A stretch of 64,000 bases of DNA from the NCBI GenBank assembly GCA_013265495.1, contig MU058584.1:7592407-7656406 (forward strand), read 5' to 3'. The notes beneath the pieces were generated by a model. The model saw only the letters and a program-made list of their open reading frames with translations, was not told where the DNA came from and did not search any database. A program made the translations under genes and the position numbers. Below are positions 53,526-64,000 of the stretch, one piece after another. The stretch comes from Vicugna vicugna (taxonomy: Eukaryota). Position 1 is the first letter of the stretch, and each line of letters starts with the position of its first letter.

Positions 53526-54876
53526 TAATTTCAAAATTATATACCTCACATTGATATAAAGTACATATTCATATTTCTTCAAATAGTACATAGCATCGTT
53601 ACTAGCGTCAGAGGAAACCTGAAGTCTACAGTACCTGGAAACCAAATAAAATTTGGCCAACAAATGGTGATTAGGATGTAAATTGCTTTTAGTATCGTTC
53701 TTTATTCTTCTTATTCATGGTTTACAAAGTGTTTTCTAAGGATCAGTAGCTCTTCTGAAATAGCTAATAACAATGTCAACACATAGTCGTAGTCATACAT
53801 AATGTGTTGATGTGTGTCTGTGGTATATAAAACATTTTTGATATAGAATATCCTGAAGAAAAAAATAAGATTTACACCAATTAGAGCTCTCAAATGATTA
53901 TTATTCTAAACTAGACTAATCTTAGGAAAGGATCTTTTTGAAAGACATGTGGACTTTGATTTCCAGTGTTTTTTTTTTTAAACTGGTTATATTGACTTCA
54001 AAACATCCAGAAATATTGAGGACTGTGTGAGAAGTACTTTTTCAGATTCCTGATTGAGCTAACAAGAAAGCGGAGAAAACCCTGGGGTACAGAAGTAAAG
54101 AGGAAGCTGGAAAGCAGAGGGTTAAGCCTGTGTGAAGCTCCAGCTGTCTGTGGGACATTTGCCACCACTGTACCCAAGAGCTTTGGGTTTACATCGTCAT
54201 ATGGGGATAGGAGAAAAGGCTTCAGCCAGAACAAATTGGAAAATTGAAACCAAGACCCCAGCAGTAAACAGAGCTCTCAAAGAGATACACAATGGTAGAT
54301 CAAGAAAAATCTACCTGCCAGTAATATCAGAAAACAAGGAAAATTATTTATCTCAGCCTGGGTTCTGAGTGGAAGGAAAAGAAAATCTTCTTTGAGAATC
54401 CATTTTTATAAATCTCCTGTCATGTGATCTGGGGTTCAGATTCATACCACTTGCGTGCTCAAACAGAACAAAAGCTGAGAAATTAACTTAGAGTTGACCC
54501 AGGTTGGAAAGCAGTTCCCGGAGCCTGTGGAAACTTAAGTGTTCTCTGCAGGTAAACACTCTTACATCAGACCTAACAGGACCCCCACAAACAACCCCAG
54601 CTGAATATAAACACACAATCCAACATTTAAAAGGAAGCCATCATGAGTGAGTCAAGAGAAGACAAACAGTAGAAAAGATGTTGGACTATATTTAAAATGT
54701 TTAGAGATATATAAAAGCAAATCACAAACTTGAGAAAGGAATACCTTTTTTTGAAGACAGTGCACACTTTTAAAGAACCAAATGGAACTTTTAGAAATGA
54801 AAAATGCAATTATTGAAATTAAAACTTTATGACTAGACTAAACAGCTGAAAAGAGACTAAGTAAAATGGATTGTAT

Positions 54877-55080
54877 ATGGTGGTGTACTGATAAATGTTT
54901 AATAAGTGGCTCTCCAGAGAGTAGGAAAAAAATTTATTATGGAGCATTTGCCAATTTCCATGGTGTACCTGCTCCCACCACGGCCCACTTTAAGCTACTA
55001 ATGTGAAGACAGTGAGTGCAGAGTTGGGAAGAGGTGTGCCCAGTTGGTTACTGTAAGCTCACACGAGCCAGTTCCTGTGT
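54877..55080. mobile_element. MER63-type (hAT-Blackjack) MITE inside old L1
   Basis: ggtggtgtactgataaatgtttaataagtggctctcc...ttgccaatttccatggtgta...gagttgggaagag...gagccagttcc. Confidence 0.7.
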
Positions 55081-55446
55081 GTGTATAATTGAATAAGTTA
55101 CCCAGAAAAAACAGAGAGGCAGAGAGATAGGAAATGTGTATGAGACATAAAGGATAGCTTGAGAAAGTCTGATGCAAGTTTAATCATTAATATGAGTCAT
55201 GAATTCTAAGATCTAGGAGCATGACAGATAACATGCAGAAACGCATTGTAATGAAATTGCAGAACACCAAAGACAAACAGACAGTCTCAGAAGCATCCAG
55301 AGAAAAGAGAGAGATCAAGTTCCAAGGAGCAAGAATTAAGACTTCTTAAGAGCAACAATGGAAACAAAAAGTAATGGAACAGTCTTCAAAGTACAGAGAG
55401 AAACACTGTTATCCTGGAACTATGTAACCTAATTATTTTAAATAAA

Positions 55447-55518
55447 TATTATTATTATTATTACTACTACTACTACTACTATTATTATCATCATCATCAT
55501 TATTATTCATTATTATTT
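55447..55518. repeat. Compound (TAT)/(TAC)/(CAT) trinucleotide repeat
   Basis: Read directly; source of the NNNDDDDNNSSSSSSNNNN ORF. Confidence 0.9.
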
Positions 55519-55967
55519 TAAAGTGAAAGTATAGTAAAGGCATCTCAAACAACAAGAGCAGATAGTTTATCACTAATAGATGCACACAAAAGGAACTTCC
55601 TAAAAACAAGAACTTTAGGAAGAAGGAAAATAATCCAGAAGGAAAATGGACAAGGAAATAGGTAAACACTTAGGTAAATCTAAGCTAACATAAAAATGAC
55701 AACAATAATAATGTCTGGTAATTAAAATACACGTGAACAGTGGGTTTTCTCTTCCCACAAATACTAAACAGCTTATTATGCAATTAATGATATTACCATT
55801 TAGAAGTTTTAGTCATCTTTTATTCACTTTTGACTTATTTAAAAAATCAGGAAAAACTATTAAGCATTGTGGTAAAAGCTTGACTTGTTTTAGTCCAAAT
55901 TACACTTTGCTAAACAAACTAAAAACTTGGGTAGGTTTTAATTTGTGATGAAAGATCCATCAATATC

Positions 55968-57119
55968 TGTAGGAAGAGAATACTCTCTTCTGTGTGTTTC
56001 TTGTACTCACACTGCTCCACAGATGGTCCCTGACTCACCATGGTCCACTTACGGTTTCTTCACTTTAGAGTGGTGGGAAAGTGACACACAGTCAGTAGAA
56101 ACTGTACTTTGAATTTCGATCTTTTCCTGGGTTAGTGATTTACTGTACGATCCTCTCCCATGATGCCAGGCAGTAGCAGCAGCCTCAGCTCCCAGTCCGC
56201 CCCAGGATCATAAGGGTGAACAACCAGTACATTTACCACCTTCCTGCACCCACAGAACTGTTCTGTTTTTCACTATCAGGACAGTATTCAGTCATTTACA
56301 TGAGATAGACAACACTTTATTATAAAATAGGCTTTGTGTTAGGTGATTTTGCCCAATTGTAGGCTACTGTAAGTGTTCTGAGCCACGTTTAAGGTAGTCT
56401 AGACTAAGCGGTGATGTCTGGTAAGTTAAGAGTATTAAATGAAACTTAGGATATTTTCACACTGTGTTTATTGGGAACTAACCCTATAGAAGTTGAGGAA
56501 GATCTTTACTTCACTTCTGACACCAGATGTGTGGGTTTTCCACTCATTAAGTAATCCTGGGACACCAGCTGGATGTCCTACAATTTAACTCAGGTCTGAC
56601 ACTATCTACCAAGAGATGGCATCAGATTCCACACGTTAAGGGCTCAGTTCTATAAGACTGCCCTCCTCCCTCCACCTCTCATCCCCAGATGCCAGTCAGG
56701 AGTCCAGGCTGTCACCTGTTATGTAGGTCAGAAGTTCCCATGAACCCCTACTCCAATTGAATAATTTGCTAGAGCAGCTCACAGAACTCAGGAAAACAGT
56801 TTACTTATAAAGGATGTAATTTAGGAACAGTCCGATAGAAGAGACGCAAGGTATAGGGAAAGAGATCAGAGCTCCCATGCCCTCTCTGGGTGAGCCACCT
56901 GGGTGTTTCCAGTGGCAACCAGCCTCCATCCTTACGGGCTTTCCAAAATTCTTCTCATTAATATAAACTCAGGTGTGGTTGAACAGGATTAGTTCTAAAT
57001 AACAAAAGACATCTTTATAGCTTTTATCACATAGGAAATTCCAAAGGTTTTAGGAGCTCTGTGCCAAGAATCTGACCAAGACCAAAAGGATATTTCTTAT
57101 TATAAATCATAATATTACA
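55968..57119. mobile_element. MER21-type solo LTR (TG...CA) containing a Tigger5/MER47 insertion
   Basis: Starts tgtagg, ends attaca; cacttctgacaccagatgtgtgggttttcc...gacaccagctggatgtcctacaatttaactc...taagggctcagttctataagactgccc is MER21-like. Confidence 0.7.
56020..56506 (-). mobile_element. Tigger5/MER47-type (TcMar-Tigger) element nested in LTR
   Basis: Termini cagatggtccctgact... and ...agttgaggaagatctt(ta); internal 'aacactttattataaaataggctttgtgttaggtgattttgcccaattgtaggct' matches recalled MER47/Tigger5 reverse complement. Confidence 0.8.
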
Positions 57120-57334
57120 ATACTTAAGATTAAAAAATTTATATTTTTATCTTGTTGATCTTTAGCAATCAATTGTATGAGTTCTAGGTCTTATCTAGCA
57201 AAGATGTCCAATTTAGGGTGAACTGAGAAAGGCATTATTTTTACTGAAGTTTATGGTTATGAAAAATTTTATCCCCCAAACACTGAAAGTTCAGAGTCTT
57301 TGTTTCTTCCTACCCACACACTGGTGACTTTTTA

Positions 57335-58280
57335 CCACTGGGAGAGTTATGTACTCACTCCAACTCACAAAAAAAAGGGTTATTTTATGCTAGTCTCCAA
57401 TAAAAGGACCAGGACTCCTTGAAGAAATTCCAAGACTGGAGCAGAGAAAGTACAAAATGAGCCTGAAATACATATGGTGCCAGAAAGTAAGTAAGTACTC
57501 AAAATATGATGGAGGACGTCTTCAGGATACAGGAGGCAACTTGAAGGAGGCTTCTAATGATGAAATTGGGGATAATTTCAGCGAAAGAATAATGATAGTA
57601 ATGGATTATAGCCTGTAGAACCCATACTTTATATATAAAGTAAGTAATTGAATAAATAACTAAATGAAGGGGAAGCGCTTCCTTACAATATAATTCCAAT
57701 TAATACATTTGGAAGAGAAGATGGAAATAGAAAATCACCATTTGCAAAACACCACAGTAATAACTGTTTCTCTCAAGAATCATCAGTGGACGCTAAAATT
57801 AGTGGGTGAAAGTATAGTAAGAAACAGGATATTTACATAGCCTCAAAAATATCGCCCACAAGATACTTATTAATTCCAAAAAGGCAAAGCTAGAAGCCTT
57901 ACTGTGGAGAGACCTGGTAGACACCATCTTAACCAAATGCTCAAAGTTAACCTCACTAGTAACAGGATGGATTGATATCACACGTCTCCTGATACGATGC
58001 ACTGAGGAGGACATCTCATTTATGTAGTTTTCTTGGCAAAAATGTATAACCTGCCTGAATAATGAAGAAACGTCAGCTAAACGCAAATTGAGAGACACTC
58101 TGCAAAATAGCTGGTCATTACTCCTCAAAATATCCTGACTGACCAACCATGGTTGTGGGGTTTTATAAGATGTTAACATTTGAGGAATCTAAGTGAAGAG
58201 TATACAGGAATACTATTAATTTTGCAACTTTTTTTTATAAGACTGTAATAATTCCAAGGTGGAAATTTATTTTAAAACAA
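57335..58280 (+). mobile_element. L1MC-type 3' UTR fragment
   Basis: aaaggaccaggactccttgaagaaat...gaaagtacaaaatgagcctg; actgtggagagacctggtagacaccatcttaaccaa; tttgcaacttttt...taag.ctgtaataattcc. Confidence 0.75.
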
Positions 58281-59611
58281 AAGATAGAGTTATGATAGTT
58301 TCCCAAGGCCTCTCCAACCTCCCTCATTCTCAGAAAGGCCATTTATTAGGTACCTCCCCTCCCCACTCTATCCAGAGACATCAATGCATGGCTTCCGTAG
58401 AAGGGGGCCAAGTACAAGGCTAAGAAAGAAGGAAGCAGTTTGAATCTGAAGCACAAGGTCCCTACTGTGTCGAATCAGCATGGTAGAGGCTATTAAAATG
58501 CCATCTTTTTCTCCCTCCTACTCCTCTCTCCCTTCCTCTACCTCCATACTCTGCATCCCAGACTGCTTGTAATCCTATTGGGAGGATCTACAGGAAGAAA
58601 GAAAGGAAAAAAAAAATAATGAATGGTTGTATTCCTTGGCACATGAAAAACAGTTTCCCTTTTGGGGCTTCAAGAATAAAAAATGAGAGGCTTTTAATCT
58701 TGTTAACTTGTGCAAGAGAGGGAGGGAGAGAGAGAATGTGTGTGTGTGCATGCTTGTGCATGTGTGGCTAAAAGTGTAAACTACCACTGTGGGAAGAAGA
58801 ATGCCAATTTTCAAAATCTCCTAAAGCGACAGAAAGCATTGTTCCAGAATAAGGTGTGTTAGAGGCCAGTGGGGAGAAGAACAGCAGATGACTTTGTTTA
58901 GAGCCGGGTGAATTAGGAAATAACCCTTTTCATAGCTAACTCTAAAGAGATGAGCTGTTGTTGCCAAGATGTGTTTATCAAATGTCTAGGCCATCTCCCA
59001 GGATGTGAGATTTGGTTTAGCTGTGTAAAATAGCTCTGTATTTTTGTTTTAGCCAAATCTCAGCAAGACTCACAGTCAGCTCCCTCCCCAACAGAGTGAA
59101 ACAGCCACAGAGACAACAACAAAACGGACTGAAAAAGCAGAGTAAACGTTGGCAGGAAGCCCGCTTCGATCCAGCCTTACTTTTTAGAAAGAATCTCTCT
59201 CAAGTTTGATGCGTTGCTTCTCACAAGCGAATTCCAGGCTGCTTTTCTTGAGATAAAATACATTGAAATGAAAAGAGACTATTGCCATTTGGTAATTCCT
59301 TCTACTTTAAAAAAAAAATAGGCAGGCAAAATTTCCATGCTCCTGTTGACTCCCTCGTGGGTCCAAAAGGCTATGGAAATGGTGCAAGGAAAGCCACAGA
59401 TAGAATAGTCGGGTGTGAATTCAGACCACATGCCTCGCTACTTGGGCTTCTTTCTGGAGCAGTCTGTCTTCAGTGAGCTGGCCTCCCTCTGGTTACTCGC
59501 TTGGCCCGGTGAGATTCCATCAGGTTGCCACTCTGGTGAATCAGACAGAGCCTGAGGCATCACTGAATTTACATTAAGAATCAGATGGATGTCTGGACAC
59601 CCTCCCCCATC

Positions 59612-59642
59612 ACACACACACACACACACACGCACACACACG
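59612..59642. repeat. (CA)n microsatellite, one interruption
   Basis: Read directly. Confidence 0.9.
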
Positions 59643-61309
59643 CTTAATAAGCATCAAGTTGTGCACTTCCCTCTACAGTGATGGCGCTATGACTGTTTGT
59701 GTTGTTTTTGGCTCTGAGGTCTCACAGACCAGCCAGCCGTTGTGTAAGCACAGTCTGTCTGAATTGCTTCGGGGCTAACGGCCTTCTTAGAAGTCCTCTT
59801 GCTGTTCATTGTTTTGCCGGCAAGTCATTTCTATTACTAATCTAAAATTTCTCCATCTATCTTTTCTGTACCATAAGATGGTGAAGTGTAGAAAACCATA
59901 GTCCTTTAAATCTTCAAGACTTTTTTCTTTTGGTCTTTATTGCTATAATTTGGGATCAGGCTTTTAAGCCAGTGTAGAACTTGTAAATTTGCTAAGTTTA
60001 ATACAGAATCTGGGGGTGGGGTTAATACTAAACCATTCTGCTCATGCTGTTTTAAAAACTTCTAGTGTGTGTGCTTTTGTATTTTTTGCTCATCATGCAG
60101 TCTATTCAGAAAAATTTTTAAAGAAACATTAAGTAGCTCTTGGCAGAAGGTCAAAACCAGCATTGCAGGGAAGGTATTTCAAAGTCTTTTAAGTGCGGCT
60201 ATTTGTATAAGCAATAACGGGACATTTCTTATGACTACGGAGGACTATTTTCACAGTCTTTCATGGAAATATTTCTAGACGATTTCTGTGGCTCTTTTCC
60301 TTGAGCTCATTTATTTGCTTTTGCTTTAGAACAGAGCATTTTAATGAGCAGTTTTATGAGCCTAACCTGCGTTCTGCAAACTCCACATGACTGGATTCCT
60401 GTTACACATAACCTTTGGCCTATTTTCCATTAAAACACAAGACTTTCCTATAATCAACTTTGTACTAAGACTTTGGAGGGAAGAATGCAACAGATACTTC
60501 AGTCTGCTGTTCAGCACACTAAAATGAGTGTGCTTTTGAAGTATTTGTTTTCCTCCTTGTTGTTTTAAAAATGACACATATAAATATTTTAATCCCAAAT
60601 TCCCTTCTTTTTTAAGGTGCGTATATCCTCATCTGTTTCATACCTTTACCTAGTCCAATATCACCATATTCCATCATTCAGTACCTCATTTAGCTGTCTT
60701 TACAATCCATGGAGATAGGTACAAAGGCAAGTTGAAACCCAAATCATTTTGAAAATAGGAACTCTCAAAAAAAAAAAAACCTGCATAGTTTTTTTCACTC
60801 ATATATATTATTACCAGTGTCAGAAATTTCCTTCTTAGGGCGAAGCTAAAAGATGTACCTTGACTCCTCCTCTTCATTTTAATTCAAAGATAGGACAACT
60901 ATTTTCCATTTTATATGTAAGTATCCTAGATATTTTTGTATAGAATGACTTTCCTTCTCTCACCTAAAAAACCCAGATTTGTTTAATTTTTCTTCCAGGT
61001 CTACTTTCAGTGTTTTAATCCGTTTTATTGATGTCTGCTAAACATTCAAGTTCTCCCTTTCATTTGAGCAGGATGCAGAACCCCTGGAAGGGTCTGACCG
61101 CTCTGGAAACAATGGAGCCATTGTTGCTGGGCACACTCAGCTCCCGTCTTGGTCATGCATTCCAGCCATGTTTGCCTTTTAAAACTATACTACGGATTTA
61201 AGGTAGTCTGCGGTTCCTTGTAACACCTAGCTCTTTTTCTGCCCTGCTTACTTCAGCCAATCTGTCCTCCTCTTATAATCTTGTTTACTTTTTCTTTTTA
61301 GAACAAGGA

Positions 61310-61490
61310 GGGCACTCTTTAAAACAGAGTGAAGTAAGTTTAGGGTAAATGAAAGGAAATCTACTTCACATAGAGGGTTATAAACTTATGGAACTCATTA
61401 GTACCCAAAGGTGGTGCTGGCAGGAAATGTAAATGAATTCAGAAACCTCTTAGCCAAATTTATGAATGAAAGGATAAATGGCTACTAAGA
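61310..61490 (+). mobile_element. CR1-type LINE 3' terminal fragment
   Basis: Degenerate match to CR1 ORF2 C-end 'RTRGHSLKL...YFT.RV.NLWNSL...F...LDKFM' (tacttcacatagagggttataaacttatggaactcatta = YFT*RVINLWNSL). Confidence 0.65.
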
Positions 61491-61999
61491 AAACCAGGGC
61501 TCTGCCTGATTTTTACAATTGAAGTCAGAGAGTTGCTCCAAGCCCTCCCACAGGAGGTCCCTTGAGATCTGTGGAGTCGGCTGACCTTGGGTCTGGCCCG
61601 TGATGGGATTTCCTGAGCATCTCGTGTGCTCTCAGCACTTGTCTCTCCTCAGTCTCCCTGAGCCTCAGAAAGACCCTACTAGCCTGTTCTGGGATAGGCA
61701 ATTTTCTTTTTAAAATAACTTTTTTTTTTTTGGTAACTTTTCCTTTACCGTTCAACCATCTGCCTACCACAGTGCCAATTATGACTGTCAGTTGGGGAAT
61801 GGTGACGTCTGTCCAGTGGAAACTAGCTGAGATCACATTTGGATCTCAAAACATAGATACTTTCTTTTATGTAAAGTCAGACCGTTCTTTTTCCTGGGAA
61901 TTTTCAGGCCTGAGACCATAAATAGCGTTTTCACTTTATCCTGTACTGTATCCTCGGTACAGCCTTCAATCCCTTCTGCCTTTCCCAGATCTATATCTG

Positions 62000-62152
62000 C
62001 GGGGGTTCTCAGCCTAGGACACTTTAAAAAGTCACAGATGCTCCTGGCCTCATTACCAACCAAGTAAATCACAGTCTTTGTGGGTGGGGCTCTGGCATCA
62101 GTATTCTTCAAAATCATCCCAGGCTGTTCTCGGCAGCCAGATTGAGAACCTG
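62000..62152. mobile_element. MER5A-type hAT MITE
   Basis: ggttctcagcct...cagatgctcctggcctc...gggtggggctctggcatcagtattctt...cccagg...cagccagattgagaacc. Confidence 0.75.
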
Positions 62153-62649
62153 GCCTGACAGGTTGCTTTAGGGTATCCTTTGCACCTGAACACTCTGCTC
62201 AGCATCTCAGTGCAGTCTGAGGCATCGGTCCGCCACGCCCTCATCCTCTGGTATTAAACATTCCTCAGTGATCACGGTGAAGCTCCGTGCACCAGTCAAC
62301 AACTCGGGGCCTTTATGCTATCTGCCATCTCTGTCCTTCCAACTGTGAGCTCCTAGGAAAAGAAAGCTTGCTGTAAAAATCTGGTCCCTTGCCAATTCAT
62401 GATACTCAACACTTAAGGACCTTGGCCTCCTTTTACTTGTCTCTGTTGACTCACCGAGCACCTCCTCCAAATACGATCTTCTTCCACATCCGTCCCTCAC
62501 TTTCCTTCTCGGCAACCATGTCTCCTCTTTCTTTGGGAGAATGTTGAGGCCAACCAGACGGAGCTGCCCAACACCCTTATCTTCATCCTCCCGCCTTCCT
62601 CTTCTTATCCTTCCCTTCAGTCTTCAAGAAGAAAAATTCCACTTCCATT

Positions 62650-63990
62650 TATTAACTCCTACAGAGTACCAACCGTATGCAATGAATTAAAATACAGTGG
62701 AAAAGACCTACTTAGAGAGCAATTAACAATAATTCATAGGAAAACAAATTAAATTCTTAAGAAGCCGTATTTAAATTAGTGATGAGTGTGTAGGAGAGAG
62801 AGATCAATTCTGATAATTGAGGGAAGATTATGACATAGAGACATAGACATTTGGTCCAGACCTCAAATAATGAAAAGATTTTTAGCAGTCAGATATTAGG
62901 CAGAAAGCAGTTCAAATCCAGAGGGACAGGATGGCCAAAGGTACCAGGTTGTGCATGATTTGATCCGGAAATAGTGAACAGCCAGGTCTAGCTGGAATAT
63001 GGCATAGAAGGTGAATCTGTCTGAATATTTCTCCTTTACCAATACACTGAATTGCATTCATTTTTTTACATCATCCGAAATCTCGTGTGCACATCTACCT
63101 TCTCTGGTGTCTGACCTTTTGTCTAGGCTCCTTTTTAAACTTCATGTATACGCATGTCTTCCCTGCCCTACAGGAGACATTTTTGACCCCGATTATCTTG
63201 ATAAATACCATACCAGTACCTTGATTTCTCTGCCAAGCTCTCACAGTGTGTCTTATACTTTATTTCACTCCCCTTTTCACAGTCCTCACCTCATCCTCCC
63301 CTTCCAGCTTCTAGACTCCCCGCCCACTTTCCCCACCCCTCTGCCTCTGTCCTCACCCCCGCAGAAAGGCTCTGTTAAGGCTTCTCAGATCATGCAGACA
63401 AAAATCATTGGTTCATCTTCATTGTCTTTGGCCTCTTAGCAGTATCAGGCACCAGTGATGACAGCATTTTTCTTGGGAGTATTTTTATCTAGAGCAGCTG
63501 GGATGGTGCATGCTCTCTGAGCTCCTCCCACCCCTCTTACACACCTTGGTCTTTGCTGGTACTTCTTCCCCCTCCTTTTTTTTTTTTTAATTTTATTATT
63601 TATTTATTTATTTAATTGAAGTACAGTCAATTACAATGTGTCAATTTCTGGTGTACAGCACAATGTCCCAGTCATGCATACACATACTTATGTTCGTTTT
63701 CATAAATACATCTCCCTCCTTAACTGTGGGTATCCTGAAAGACTTTCCTCCCATCCTTACTTGTTTCATTTTGTTATTCGTACTTTTACCTGAGAACATT
63801 TATTGAGCACCTGCGCTAGGCCAAGCCCTTTGCTGAACACACGTGAATTTGGACTTCTCTATACACCCGCTGATTTTAACATGCCTTCTGTTCGCAAGGC
63901 TCCAATTCTAAAAGTTTGTGTGAAAAGTTTCTAAATGTACACTTTCTGCTGTGACTTTTCACCTGGATACTCATTCCATGATTCAGGTTA
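62650..63990. mobile_element. Diverged L2 fragments (minus-type ~62650-63005, plus-type ~63010-63990)
   Basis: Purine-rich then pyrimidine-rich L2-like text (ctcttagcagtatcaggcaccagtgatgacagc; cacctggatactc); boundaries approximate. Confidence 0.45.
63578..63705 (-). mobile_element. Short young L1 3'-end insertion (same subfamily as 40898 copy)
   Basis: Poly-T then aattgaagtacagtcaattacaatgtgtcaatttctggtgtacagcacaatgtcccagtcatgcatacacat, near-identical to ~40928-41000; flanking ccctcctt at 63570-63577 and 63714-63721 followed by aa. Confidence 0.88.
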
Positions 63991-64000
63991 CCAACACATA

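Larger units (their letters stand above)
54000..55730 (+). mobile_element. Ancient L1 5'UTR/ORF1-like fragment
   Basis: aaagaaccaaatggaacttttagaaatgaaaaatgcaattattgaaattaaaac; gaaattgcagaacaccaaagacaaa...gaagcatccagagaaaaga; agcaacaatggaa...tggaacagtcttcaaagtac. Confidence 0.65.

Noticed and set aside
59056..59146. Possible cassette exon after 'tttttgttttag'
   Set aside because: Weak donors (GA|gtgaaa, GA|gtaaac) and no similarity to any dynamin sequence I know.
1..64000. DNM3OS / miR-199a-2 / miR-214 cluster, known to lie antisense in a DNM3 intron
   Set aside because: I did not find the mature sequences or their reverse complements by eye; from memory the cluster lies in an intron further upstream.
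25268..64000. Next DNM3 exon (AENDENGQAENFSMDPQLERQ...)
   Set aside because: No matching coding sequence seen; presumably beyond the window end.
1..64000. CRISPR arrays, operons, tRNA/rRNA genes or other prokaryote-type systems
   Set aside because: Sequence is mammalian intron; no regularly spaced repeat-spacer arrays or structural RNA genes were recognised.

Overview
AT-rich eutherian mammal genomic DNA, almost entirely intronic, from the dynamin-3 (DNM3) gene on the + strand. Only two coding pieces are supportable. One is a 112-nt exon encoding the C-terminal end of the PH domain (17333-17444; [37 protein letters not shown]). The other is a 12-nt in-frame microexon (25256-25267; GNNK) with neural microexon regulatory motifs (UGC upstream, UGCAUG downstream). 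The rest is transposon-derived or unique non-coding DNA: four young 5'-truncated antisense L1 copies with target-site duplications, older L1/L2/MIR/CR1 fragments, MER20/MER5/MER63/Tigger5-type DNA transposons, MLT1- and MER21-type LTRs, and microsatellites. The young L1 3' ends, and no Alu/B1/Bov/PRE1/Can-SINE seen, suggest a camelid (inference). Nearly all ORFs in the supplied track are spurious or L1 ORF2 remnants. I found no novel multi-gene system. The best new candidate is a possible 10-nt frameshifting 'poison' microexon at 17213-17222. Repeat family names come from remembered consensus sequences, and boundaries of old repeats are approximate.
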